DNA from: Deltaproteobacteria bacterium
Lineage (GTDB): Bacteria; Desulfobacterota; Desulfarculia; Adiutricales; Adiutricaceae
Direction of reading: 5' to 3'
Length of the DNA: 64,000 nt
Assembly (NCBI GenBank): GCA_031278635.1
Contig: JAITKA010000139.1
Span: 2,517 to 66,516, forward strand
The notes beneath the pieces were generated by a model. That model was not told the DNA's origin, did no database searches, and was given only the letters and a program-made list of their open reading frames with translations. Of the stretch, positions 8,227 to 16,596 are shown piece after piece. The position numbers and the translations under genes are program-made. Each line of letters starts with the position of its first letter. Positions within the stretch are counted from its first letter, which is position 1.

Positions 8227-9105
8227 TCACCCGTGGGAGAAGGTCTCCGCGGGCCCAAGTTCGCCGTAGATCTCCCGCGAGAAATCGGAGAGGCCCGGTA
8301 CGCCGCAGGCGTCGGCCCGGCAGCGGCGGCAGTTTCGCTTGACCGGGAGGTGTTTTTCGGCGGCCGCCATGGCCCGGGCCTTATCGGCCTCGCCGGGGGC
8401 GGGTAGGCCGGCCAGTTCGCCCGCCGGGATCAGGGATATGACGTTCAGGAGATCGGCCCCCCAGGACTTGACCGTTTTGGCCACCTCCCCGACGTGGCCA
8501 TCGTTTATGCCCGGCGCGAGGACGCAGTTCACCTTCACCACCATGCGGTTCCGGTGGGCCAGCCGGATGCCCTTTTCCTGGGCATCGATCAGGAGCCCGG
8601 CCCCTTCCAGGCCCCCCACGAAACGGGCCGGGGTGCCGCCCTTACCCATGAGGACTCCCCGGTTCAGCCTTTCCAGTATCCGTGGGTTCACGGCATTGAC
8701 CGTCACGGTTATGGTCTCGACCCCCGCCGCCATGACCCTTTCCATGTTTCGGCACAGGGCCAAGCCGTTGGTCGAAAGGCAGGTCATCAGTCCCGGGAAC
8801 CTTACCCTGACCATGGTCAGGGCGTCCAGGGCCTCCCCGGAGTCCAGGGGATCCCCTGGCCCGGCCACCCCTACGACCTTAAGCCCGGGGCAGAGCCGTA
8901 GGGCCGTCTCCACCACGCTCACGGCTTCCGCCGGGCTTATGGCCCGGGCCGCCTGCCCGGGGCGGTTTAGGCCCAGGCTCTCGCCCCTTGCGCAGAAACG
9001 GCAAAAGATGTTGCAGTCCTTGGCCACCGGTAGGTGGATCCTTCCGGTGGTTGGTTGGCACTGGGTCCCGAAGCAGGGATGCGATTTCAGTTTTTCGGTT
9101 TCCAT
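8227..9105 (-). CDS. NifB-like radical SAM protein (stand-alone radical SAM domain)
   Basis: 'HPCFG...GRIHLPVAKDCNIFCRFCARG' is a NifB-type N-terminal motif with the CxxxCxxC radical SAM triad; 292 aa, no fused NifX domain. Confidence 0.8.
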   Translation of the reverse strand: METEKLKSHPCFGTQCQPTTGRIHLPVAKDCNIFCRFCARGESLGLNRPGQAARAISPAEAVSVVETALRLCPGLKVVGVAGPGDPLDSGEALDALTMVRVRFPGLMTCLSTNGLALCRNMERVMAAGVETITVTVNAVNPRILERLNRGVLMGKGGTPARFVGGLEGAGLLIDAQEKGIRLAHRNRMVVKVNCVLAPGINDGHVGEVAKTVKSWGADLLNVISLIPAGELAGLPAPGEADKARAMAAAEKHLPVKRNCRRCRADACGVPGLSDFSREIYGELGPAETFSHG

Positions 9106-9160
9106 CGTTAAAGGACCGTTTTTGGCCCCCCGGCCCCGGGGGGCCGTGGGGGCTGGGTTG

Positions 9161-10516
9161 TCAGATTGGGCCGGCGAAGGCGTGGGACATGTCCTCGATC
9201 ATTCTCATGCCGCCCCGGTAGCCGACGTAGCTTCTCTCGATTATCATCCGGTCGTAGACCGGGTAGGAGACGCTCAGGTGGTGGGCCTCGTTCTCGGTCC
9301 CGGCTATGTATTTTTCGAGGGAACTCCCCAGGATGACCTGAAGGGGCTCCTCCCGGAGGGCCAGCCTGATGCGGTGGGAGTCGTAATCGAAGATGACCTT
9401 GGGGGCGAAGATGCCCTCGAGGTTCGTGGTCAGGAGCTTTTCTATGCCCTCGCGGTACTCCTCGGGGGGATCGTCGGTGACTATGGCCAGTTTCGGGTTC
9501 CAGCCCAGCTCGTTGGCCCCGAAGCGGATCAGGGTGGCCACGGTCAGGCTATCGCCGATCACGGCGAAGTATGAGTGGGGCATGGCCACCATGAATAGCT
9601 CGGCCATGTACTCGACGAAACGGTAAGCGGCCCTCTCCTCCCTGGCTATGACCTCCTCGACCCGTTTTTTGGGTATTTTGAGGAGCCTCCCCACGGTCCT
9701 TAGCAAGGCGGAGGTTTTCTTGGGGCCCACCGGGAGGAAATTAATCGCCTCGTAGGGGGTGCCGAAGCGATCCTCCAGCTTTTTGACCGTCCCGTGGGCC
9801 ACCCAGGGGCTGAAAACGAGGTTCAGGGAGGCGGCCGGGATGCGGCCTATGGCCCCGAGGCTATCGAAGTCGGTGAAGATTGGGTTGGCCTCGACCCCGA
9901 TCTTGGACAGGATATCCCGCAGGTAGATGAGATCGCCCTTCCAGAAGACGTTTTGGTTGGGAACCACCCCGAGGATGTTGACCAGCTTTTTCTCCACCGG
10001 CCTTTCGGTCAGGAGCGAATCGATGACCGCGTCGAGATAATGCTCGTAGCCTAGGAAGCCGTTCCCGACGAAGCCGGAGGTCTTGACGTGTATGACCTTG
10101 GCCTTGTCCTTGAACTCGGAGACGACGCTATCGACGTCGTCCCCGATCAGGGCCGGGACGCAGCCCGGGATGACCACGTAAAGGTCCCCTTTCATGACCG
10201 AAATCGTCGTCTCGATCAGGCGCCTTAGCTTATCCTCGCCGCCGAAGACGACGTGCTCCTCGATCAGGCTCGAGCAGGGGGTGACGGTGGTCCCGGAGGG
10301 GCCGCCGGAATTGAGCCCTGAGGCGTAGGTCATGCCGTGGGCGTTGGCCATGCCGCAACCGGAGCCGCTATGGAGGATGGGCACGGCCCCGTAGGTGGCC
10401 AGGGCCGCCGAGTAGGCCCCGCCCAGGGCGCAGGTGAAACGGGGGGATTCGGCCACCTCGGGATAGTCCCGGGCGGCCAGGGAACCCCCCTCCCCGGATA
10501 TAAGCGTCAGTCCCAT
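9161..10516 (-). CDS. nitrogenase-like component 1 beta (NifK/NifN-like) subunit
   Basis: Cys29/Cys54/Cys119 sit in 'FTCALGG', 'HSGSGCG' and 'IPGCVPALIGDD'. The first pair has the same 25-residue spacing as NifK P-cluster ligands. ATG at 10516 lies directly after the D-like stop (10519). Confidence 0.8.
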   Translation of the reverse strand: MGLTLISGEGGSLAARDYPEVAESPRFTCALGGAYSAALATYGAVPILHSGSGCGMANAHGMTYASGLNSGGPSGTTVTPCSSLIEEHVVFGGEDKLRRLIETTISVMKGDLYVVIPGCVPALIGDDVDSVVSEFKDKAKVIHVKTSGFVGNGFLGYEHYLDAVIDSLLTERPVEKKLVNILGVVPNQNVFWKGDLIYLRDILSKIGVEANPIFTDFDSLGAIGRIPAASLNLVFSPWVAHGTVKKLEDRFGTPYEAINFLPVGPKKTSALLRTVGRLLKIPKKRVEEVIAREERAAYRFVEYMAELFMVAMPHSYFAVIGDSLTVATLIRFGANELGWNPKLAIVTDDPPEEYREGIEKLLTTNLEGIFAPKVIFDYDSHRIRLALREEPLQVILGSSLEKYIAGTENEAHHLSVSYPVYDRMIIERSYVGYRGGMRMIEDMSHAFAGPI

Positions 10517-10518
10517 TT

Positions 10519-12033
10519 TTATCCGATGGCCTCCTTGCGGTGAAAGTAATGGGGATCGGGCTGCTCGTAAAACCATGGCCTGTAGGGATCCTCGGTCTTG
10601 GCCAGCATGGTGTTCTGGAAGGAGCGGTTATGGGTGGCCTGGAGGAGGAAATTCCCGCAGGCGACCGCCCCGGCGTAACCCGCCTGGGCGCTCCAGGTCC
10701 TGCCGTCGGCCCTTAGGGCGTGGATGCGGGTCATGCCCTTCTCGCGCTTGTAGGCGCTCCCCTGGAAGGGGCAAGAGAGGACCATGTCGGGATCGTGCTT
10801 GCGGGCCGTGTGGGCCACCTCGGCGGCCTGGAAGGTATTGACGACAATCTCGAAGTCGCCCACCCTTTTGATGAGGTTCTCGACGTCCTCCAGGAGGAGG
10901 TCGTCAAAATCCTGGCAGAGGGCCACCGGGGTGGTGACCCCGAGCTCATGGAAGAAGGGGGTTTGGGTGACCAGCCTGCCCTGCCCCAGGCTACCCATGA
11001 TCCGGTACTGCCCGCCGTTCTTTTTCTTGAGCTCGTCGAAACCGGCCCGGATCTTGTCCATCCGGGGCTCCCAGACCTTGCGCTCCTCCTTTATGACCCT
11101 CTCGGCCTCTTTCCCCTTCCCGGTCAGGGCCGCGACCTGCCTTAGCCACTCGTCGGTGTTGGCCATGCCTATCGGCGAGGGGTACAGGAAGTACGGCACG
11201 CCGAACTCCTGCTCGAGGCCCCTGGAGAGGTAGTCGGTGTAGGTCGGGCAGACCGGGGCGGTCAGGGCCGCCTCGGACATCTGCCTGAACTCCCCGACCG
11301 TGGCGAATTCCGGGATGAAGTTGGGCCGGAGGCCTATCTTGCCCAGGAGCCTCGTGATCTCCACCCGATCCTGCCAGGTGTAGCTCAGCATGGAGGCGAC
11401 GTTCACGAGATCGGCCTGCTTTTTCCGGGGTTTCCCGACCAGGTATTTCAGGATGCCGTGCCAGAAGGCGTCGTAACCGGTCTGGACGATCCTGGAGCGT
11501 ATGCCCTCGCAGTGGATGGGGACGATGGTGGCCCTGGTCCTGGGCTGCAGCTCGCTCACCACGCCCTCGATGTCCTCGCCGATGATGCCCGAGGCGCAGG
11601 AGGTCAGGATGAAAATGGCCTCCGGGGAATGGCGCCTCTCCGACTCCTCGATGGCGTAGCGGAGCTTGTCGGCGGCCCCGTAGATGACGTCCCGCTCGCC
11701 GATGTTGGTGGTGAGCCAGTGGAAATCGAAGTCCACGGCCCTGTTCAGGGAAGTCCACAGCCGCCTGAACACCTCCCGGTACAGGGCCGCCGGGGCGGCG
11801 CAGCCGACGGGCGAGTGGACGATCATGGCCGAGTCCCTGATGGTGGCCACCCGCACGGTCAGGTAGAAGTTAAGGAGGCAGCCGGCGTTCTGCTGGAAAT
11901 CGCGCTCGCAGTTCCGCAGTTGGCCGCTCCTGGCCCGCTCCACCAGCTCGGTGGCCTTGCCGTTAAACGCGTTGATGCCGTTGGCCCTCTGCTCCCTGGT
12001 GGGGCAGGTGGGGGCGTCGAGATTGATAGTCAT
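10519..12033 (-). CDS. nitrogenase-like component 1 alpha (NifD/NifE-like) subunit
   Basis: Motifs 'AGCLLN', 'HSPVGCAA', 'LTSCASGIIGEDIE', 'IVPIHCEGIR', 'VCPTYTDYLSR'; strong RBS AAGGAGG before the ATG at 12033. Confidence 0.8.
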   Translation of the reverse strand: MTINLDAPTCPTREQRANGINAFNGKATELVERARSGQLRNCERDFQQNAGCLLNFYLTVRVATIRDSAMIVHSPVGCAAPAALYREVFRRLWTSLNRAVDFDFHWLTTNIGERDVIYGAADKLRYAIEESERRHSPEAIFILTSCASGIIGEDIEGVVSELQPRTRATIVPIHCEGIRSRIVQTGYDAFWHGILKYLVGKPRKKQADLVNVASMLSYTWQDRVEITRLLGKIGLRPNFIPEFATVGEFRQMSEAALTAPVCPTYTDYLSRGLEQEFGVPYFLYPSPIGMANTDEWLRQVAALTGKGKEAERVIKEERKVWEPRMDKIRAGFDELKKKNGGQYRIMGSLGQGRLVTQTPFFHELGVTTPVALCQDFDDLLLEDVENLIKRVGDFEIVVNTFQAAEVAHTARKHDPDMVLSCPFQGSAYKREKGMTRIHALRADGRTWSAQAGYAGAVACGNFLLQATHNRSFQNTMLAKTEDPYRPWFYEQPDPHYFHRKEAIG

Positions 12034-12097
12034 TGAACCCTCCTTCGTGGATGGTCGTTCGGGTGGCGGCCAAAGCCCCGGGGCCTTTGGCCGAAAA

Positions 12098-13003
12098 TTA
12101 GATCTGGGCCCCGGCCGAGCGAACCTCGCCCCGCTCCACGGCCAATATCTGGTCTGACCATTTGCCGGCCCACTCCCTCAGCTCCCGGGGATCCAGGGGC
12201 TTTGGTGTGACGGAAACCTCGTGGGCCTCGACCCTCTTGGCCAACTCCCGGTAGACCTTGGCCTGATCGGAGGTCGGGTCGGCCTCGATTGTCGTCTTGC
12301 CGCTGAGCTCGCTCTGGGTGACCGTGATCGACCTGGGGACGTACTGGAGGACCTGGGTATTGGTCTGGGCCACGAAATCGTCCACTATGGCCTTCTGGTA
12401 ACCCCCCGAGACGCTGTTGGCGATCACCCCGCCCAAAAGGGCCCCGCCCGCGTTCGAGTACTTCTGGATGCCCTTAAACAGGTTGTTGGCCGCGTATATG
12501 GCCATGAAGTCGGAGGACGAGACCGTAAAGACGTGCTTGGCAATCCCCTCCCTGATGGGCACGGCGAAACCGCCGCAGACCACGTCTCCCAGGACGTCAT
12601 AGATGACGTAATCGAGCCCGAGCTCCTCGAAGACGTTCTGCTGCTTGAGGAGCTGGACCGCCGTGATGATGCCCCGCCCGGCGCAGCCCACCCCCGGGGA
12701 GGGCCCCCCGGACTCGACGCAGTAAATGCCGTTATAGCCCTCGAAAATGGCGTCCCTGGCCTCCACCCGCCCGTTTTCCCGTAACAGATCCAGGATGGTG
12801 GGGATGTAGGACCCGTCCCGCAGGGTGTTGGTGGAATCGGCCTTGGGGTCGCAACCGAATTGCATGACCCTGTAACCCATGTCGGCCAACGCCGCGCTCA
12901 AATTGGACGTCGTGGTGGACTTCCCGATCCCGCCCTTCCCGTAGATGGCGATCTGCTTAAGCTTGCGCTCTTTTTTCTTTTTAACCACTAATCTGGTCAC
13001 CAT
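12098..13003 (-). CDS. nitrogenase-like reductase (NifH/BchL family ATPase, NifH-type)
   Basis: P-loop '[10 protein letters not shown]', switch I 'CDPKADST', and both 4Fe-4S Cys ligands in 'GVGCAGRGI' and 'DVVCGGFA'; GGAGG RBS before the ATG at 13003. Confidence 0.92.
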   Translation of the reverse strand: MVTRLVVKKKKERKLKQIAIYGKGGIGKSTTTSNLSAALADMGYRVMQFGCDPKADSTNTLRDGSYIPTILDLLRENGRVEARDAIFEGYNGIYCVESGGPSPGVGCAGRGIITAVQLLKQQNVFEELGLDYVIYDVLGDVVCGGFAVPIREGIAKHVFTVSSSDFMAIYAANNLFKGIQKYSNAGGALLGGVIANSVSGGYQKAIVDDFVAQTNTQVLQYVPRSITVTQSELSGKTTIEADPTSDQAKVYRELAKRVEAHEVSVTPKPLDPRELREWAGKWSDQILAVERGEVRSAGAQI

Positions 13004-13069
13004 TAATCCTCCGATTCGGTGATATTCCCCCCCACTCGCCTTACGGCGAGGGGGGGCTTATGGAACCCC

Positions 13070-14170
13070 TTACGATCCGGGCTTCCGCTCGGCAGCCTTG
13101 GCCTCGGCCGGGGCTTCCTCGAAGACGTGGCTGACGATGTCGGCCGATTTAATCTTGCCCCTGGGAAGGGCCCCCTGGAGCTCCAGGTCCTCTATCCATG
13201 GGTCGATCTCCTTTTCATTGACCCGCAAATCCTCGGCGTAGTAATGGTTGGCGCTCACCGGGACCCCTATGGCCTCCTGCGTCCAAAGCCTGGCCTCCTC
13301 GGGATTCCCGTTGATCCAGCGCTGGCCCTTCCCGATGGCCCTGATGAAAGCCCTCACGGTCTCCGGCCGTTCCTCGATGAACCTCGCGTTGAAGTAATAG
13401 AACGCCAGGCCCGCCGAGGCCCCATCGAGGTTGGCCTCCGAGGAGTCGCCGATCTTACGGTTCCCGGCATCCACCATGCCCTTGAAAAAGGGCGGATGGA
13501 CCCCGCCGACGTCCGTCAGCCCCTGGGTCAGGGCCTGTATCGACTGGACGTCCGGCATGGTCACCCACTCGATCTTGTCCCTGGGTATCCCGTACCGGTC
13601 GAAAATCCTGTAGGCCAGGAAATCCGAGCACTGGGTGGTCGAGATTATCGAGAACTTAAGCGTACCCTCGATATCCTTCAGATCGGCGAAACTCTTGACA
13701 TTGGGGTACTTCTTAGGGTTAACGAACCACCACATGTGCCTAAAACTTTCGTCCACCTCCGGCCCCGGCTCCACCCCCTCCCTGGCCACGCCCTTGAAAT
13801 TGGCCCCGCCGTGCATGGCCACGGCCAAAACGTTGGGATGGGCCGCGGCCACGTCGTTGTCGCCCTTGATTATCGAGGGCACCTGCTGGGGCGGCTGCAG
13901 CTCCCCGGTAAAGACCAGCCTGATGCCCTCCTCCCGGAAATAGCCCAGCTTGTCGGTCACAAGCCAGGGAGCCAGCGAGCAATCCCGCCTGGTCCAGGTC
14001 CGTACCTCCTGGAGGGCCAAATCTTCCACCGCCTCCGCCGCCTGGCCCTCGAAACTCGCCGAGGGCGCCGCCTCCCTGGTCCGCCCCTGGTAGGCCCCAA
14101 CGCCTATCAGCCCAATGACGGCCACGGCCGCGACTATGATTATGACCAAGTTCTTCTTTTTGATACCCAT
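13070..14170 (-). CDS. ABC transporter substrate-binding protein, NMT1/SsuA-like (NitT/TauT family)
   Basis: ATG at 14170 gives the signal/anchor 'MGIKKKNLVIIIVAAVAVIGLIGVGA'. The 112 codons upstream in the ORF track are Gly/Arg-rich GC artefact. Confidence 0.75.
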   Translation of the reverse strand: MGIKKKNLVIIIVAAVAVIGLIGVGAYQGRTREAAPSASFEGQAAEAVEDLALQEVRTWTRRDCSLAPWLVTDKLGYFREEGIRLVFTGELQPPQQVPSIIKGDNDVAAAHPNVLAVAMHGGANFKGVAREGVEPGPEVDESFRHMWWFVNPKKYPNVKSFADLKDIEGTLKFSIISTTQCSDFLAYRIFDRYGIPRDKIEWVTMPDVQSIQALTQGLTDVGGVHPPFFKGMVDAGNRKIGDSSEANLDGASAGLAFYYFNARFIEERPETVRAFIRAIGKGQRWINGNPEEARLWTQEAIGVPVSANHYYAEDLRVNEKEIDPWIEDLELQGALPRGKIKSADIVSHVFEEAPAEAKAAERKPGS

Positions 14171-14214
14171 AAAGCACCTATCTTTACGAAAAGTATTTCC
14201 CCCACCCGTCGGGC

Positions 14215-15144
14215 CTAGGCCTCCCGGGCCAACGGCCCGCCCTTGGCCCCACCGACCCTCAGCCCCAACCTCGGGCCCCCCTCCCCGGGCGCCCCCTGGA
14301 GGCTCTCCCAAACCCTTTGCCGAATCTCCCCGTAGGCCGGGCTCAGGCGTATCTCCTGGTTGGTCCTGGGCCGCCCCAGCCCTATGTCGATGACGGCCCG
14401 TATCCTCCCGGGGTTGGCGCCCATGACCACCACCCTGTCGGCCAAAATGACCGCCTCGTCGATGCCGTGGGTCACGAACAGGATGGTCTTGCCCGTTTTC
14501 TCCCATATCCGCATGAGCTCGTCCTGCAGCATCTCCCTCGTCTGGGCATCGACCGCCGCGAAGGGCTCGTCCATCAACAGCACCTCCGGGTCATAGGCCA
14601 GGGCCCTGGCTATGGCCACCCGCTGCTTCATGCCCCCCGACAACTCATACGGGTAGCGGTCCTCGAAGCCCTCAAGGTTGACCAGCTCGATGAACCTCTG
14701 GCTGACCTCTTTCCTCTCCCTCGCGGCCAGCCCCTTCATCTCCAGCCCGAACTCCACGTTTTTCCGCACCGTCCGCCAGGGAAAGAGCGCGTAGCCCTGC
14801 ATGACTATGCCCCTGTCCAAGGCCGGCCCCGTCACCGCCTTGCCGTCGATGAATATCTGGCCACCGTCGGCCCTGGCCAAACCGGCGACTATGTTCAGCA
14901 GGGTCGATTTGCCGCAGCCGCTGGGCCCGACGATGGAGACGAACTCCCCCGCCGCCACGTTTAGGCTGAAGCTCTCCAGGGCCAGGAAATCCCCCGGCCC
15001 CTCGCCATCGACCCCCCTGATCCTGTAGACCTGCCGCAGGTCCCTCAAAACGATCTTGTAGCCGTCCCCTCCCGCATCGGCCCCCGGCCTATCCGATTCC
15101 CCAACATCTCCCCGGGCCGCGGCCCCGCTAAATGAAAAGCCCAT
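14215..15144 (-). CDS. ABC transporter ATP-binding protein (SsuB/TauB-like, NitT/TauT family)
   Basis: Walker A 'GPSGCGKSTLL', signature 'LSGGMKQRVAIARAL', Walker B 'LLMDEPF'; first gene of the operon. Confidence 0.9.
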   Translation of the reverse strand: MGFSFSGAAARGDVGESDRPGADAGGDGYKIVLRDLRQVYRIRGVDGEGPGDFLALESFSLNVAAGEFVSIVGPSGCGKSTLLNIVAGLARADGGQIFIDGKAVTGPALDRGIVMQGYALFPWRTVRKNVEFGLEMKGLAARERKEVSQRFIELVNLEGFEDRYPYELSGGMKQRVAIARALAYDPEVLLMDEPFAAVDAQTREMLQDELMRIWEKTGKTILFVTHGIDEAVILADRVVVMGANPGRIRAVIDIGLGRPRTNQEIRLSPAYGEIRQRVWESLQGAPGEGGPRLGLRVGGAKGGPLAREA

Positions 15145-15170
15145 GATTCCCTCACCCCGTTACGTGGTTA

Positions 15171-15199
15171 AAAATAAAAAAGCCGGGGAAACCCCGGCC
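15171..15199 (-). terminator. intrinsic terminator (leader attenuator 2), 27 nt upstream of the operon ATG
   Basis: minus strand reads aGGCCGGGGtttCCCCGGCtttttatttt, a 7-8 bp GC stem plus T-run. Confidence 0.7.
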
Positions 15200-15402
15200 T
15201 TCGCGCTCACCGATCGGCCAAAACAAACCAAACCCTTATGTCACCCAAACGAATCCCCCCTGGCGGCCGCGACAACGCCCGGCCCCGCCCCAAACGGGCC
15301 CCATGCCGGCCCGACAGCCCTTAGCCAAACTTTTCTTCATGACGACCCCCGAGCCGCGCCCCCCCCTGGGGCCGCGCCTTCCCGGCCCCCTCGGTCCGGG
15401 CC

Positions 15403-15444
15403 AAAAAAATAGGCCGAATCCGTCCGCCATGGACGCTTCGGCCT
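15403..15444 (-). terminator. intrinsic terminator (leader attenuator 1 or sRNA end)
   Basis: minus strand reads AGGCCGAAgCGTCCatggcGGACGgaTTCGGCCTattttttt, a long bipartite stem plus T-run. Confidence 0.7.
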
Positions 15445-15540
15445 TCGCTTTACACGATGGGCTATTTTAGGCTCCCCGCCGGGCTCCCGGTTTTTCCCCG
15501 GGTCGCGCCAACCGAGACCTAACCAAATTTCTTTTTCGTT

Positions 15541-15549
15541 ATTTTATCA
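15541..15549 (-). promoter_or_regulatory. candidate extended -10 promoter for the nitrogenase-like operon leader
   Basis: minus strand reads TGaTAAAAT; the -35 (TCCATA) is poor, so the call is speculative. Confidence 0.2.
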
Positions 15550-16269
15550 AGGAAATTATCGTTTATGGATAAGCTTAGTATTGAAATGACACTTGACGAT
15601 TAAACTAGTTCTTTGCTTACGCAACCAATAATGACATCAAGACTTAAAAAAATACCTACTGGCCTCTTCTTAAAAATACCATAACCCGTTTTCAAAGCCT
15701 TGTCAAGATATTTTTCACCCCATGCCAAAAAAAATTTTCATTCGTAAAAATTTCCCACCAATAGATGCTTTTGACATTGTAACAAAAACCCATCACCCTC
15801 AAACGTAACTTTTGTCAAATTTTATCTCCCTAACCCTCTAAATTTGACCCGGGAACGACTTTAAAGTCCGGCGAACCCTCCGCCTTGACAATCACACGGC
15901 TTTTCGGACAAAGGTAAAATTTGACATCAAGACATAAAGTTTGTGACCAACTGTCTCACTTTTAATCTATCATACAGACCCTTACCCAGACTGTCAATAA
16001 ATTTTTTGCCCGCCCGGGAAAAGGGCCCAAAAAAGGGCCCGCGAAAGGACCCATTTTGGATTATTCCCCCGGCGCCAAACGCCTCCCCGCCCCCGGGGGT
16101 GGAGGGAACCTTCGGGATGGCCGCGTGAAAGGTGAATCCTATCATGGCCCGGTTTCGGGCCTGCCCACGAAATCAAGCGACTTTGGCAGGTCTGAATTTC
16201 GGTCCCGGGGCCCCGGTCCCAACCTGAATTACCCTGGCCCAAACCGGCCAAATTGGGCCGGCTTATGGG

Positions 16270-16572
16270 CTATGCCCCCTTCCGGCGCTTACCTTTTTTG
16301 CCTGAGCATTTCATGGCCGTGAGCGGGCAGACCTTCGAGCAGCCCGTGCAGTAGCGACCCTCGAGCCCCGGGCTAAAGAAATTATCTTCCTCGCGGCTGG
16401 CCTCGTTTTTTGGGGCCACGTTTAGCCCGTCCTCGCCCCCCGGGGCCTCATCGGGCCCCTGGGGCCGTGCCCAGGGCGCCCGCCGGCCGCCTGGGGGGCG
16501 ACCGTGGTGGTGGCCATGGTGGCGGTGGCGCAGGGAGTCGAATAACGTCCCGAAAAAGTGATTAAATCCCAT
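16270..16572 (-). CDS. small His- and Cys-rich protein (possible metal-binding or anti-sigma partner)
   Basis: AAGGAG RBS before the ATG at 16572; N-terminal 'RHRHHGHHHG', C-terminal 'CTGCSKVCPLTAMKC'; directly downstream of the ECF sigma gene; no family recognised. Confidence 0.55.
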   Translation of the reverse strand: MGFNHFFGTLFDSLRHRHHGHHHGRPPGGRRAPWARPQGPDEAPGGEDGLNVAPKNEASREEDNFFSPGLEGRYCTGCSKVCPLTAMKCSGKKGKRRKGA

Positions 16573-16596
16573 TTGATCTCCTTATGTTGGATGTCG

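Noticed and set aside
8339-9574. Long ORFs antisense to, or out of frame with, recognised genes. Examples: 8339-9574 (+), 13019-14218 (+), 20745-21836 (-), 22413-23780 (-), 27613-28722 (+), 35365-36906 (+), 40883-42520 (-), 43631-44698 (-), 46916-47899 (+), 50060-51208 (+), 56748-57728 (-).
   Set aside because: They overlap genes with clear family motifs on the other strand. Their products are Gly/Arg/Pro/Ala-rich low-complexity strings, typical of stop-poor frames in GC-rich DNA, and show no recognisable domains.
9161-13003. Reading the NifH/D/K-like genes as a bona fide nitrogenase (nifHDK).
   Set aside because: There is no nifE/nifN/nifV in the window. The D-like subunit appears to lack the Gln191/His195-type stretch. 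The genes are embedded in an organic-solute ABC importer operon with msrAB. I cannot formally exclude this reading without phylogeny.
15236-15430. 64-aa ORF, and a nested 34-codon ORF (MKKSLAKGCRAGMGPVWGG...), in the operon leader as a regulatory leader peptide.
   Set aside because: The start of the long ORF lies inside terminator hairpin 1. There are no runs of Met/Cys or other regulatory codons, and the composition is Gly/Arg-rich like GC artefacts. It is kept only as a remote possibility under the leader finding.
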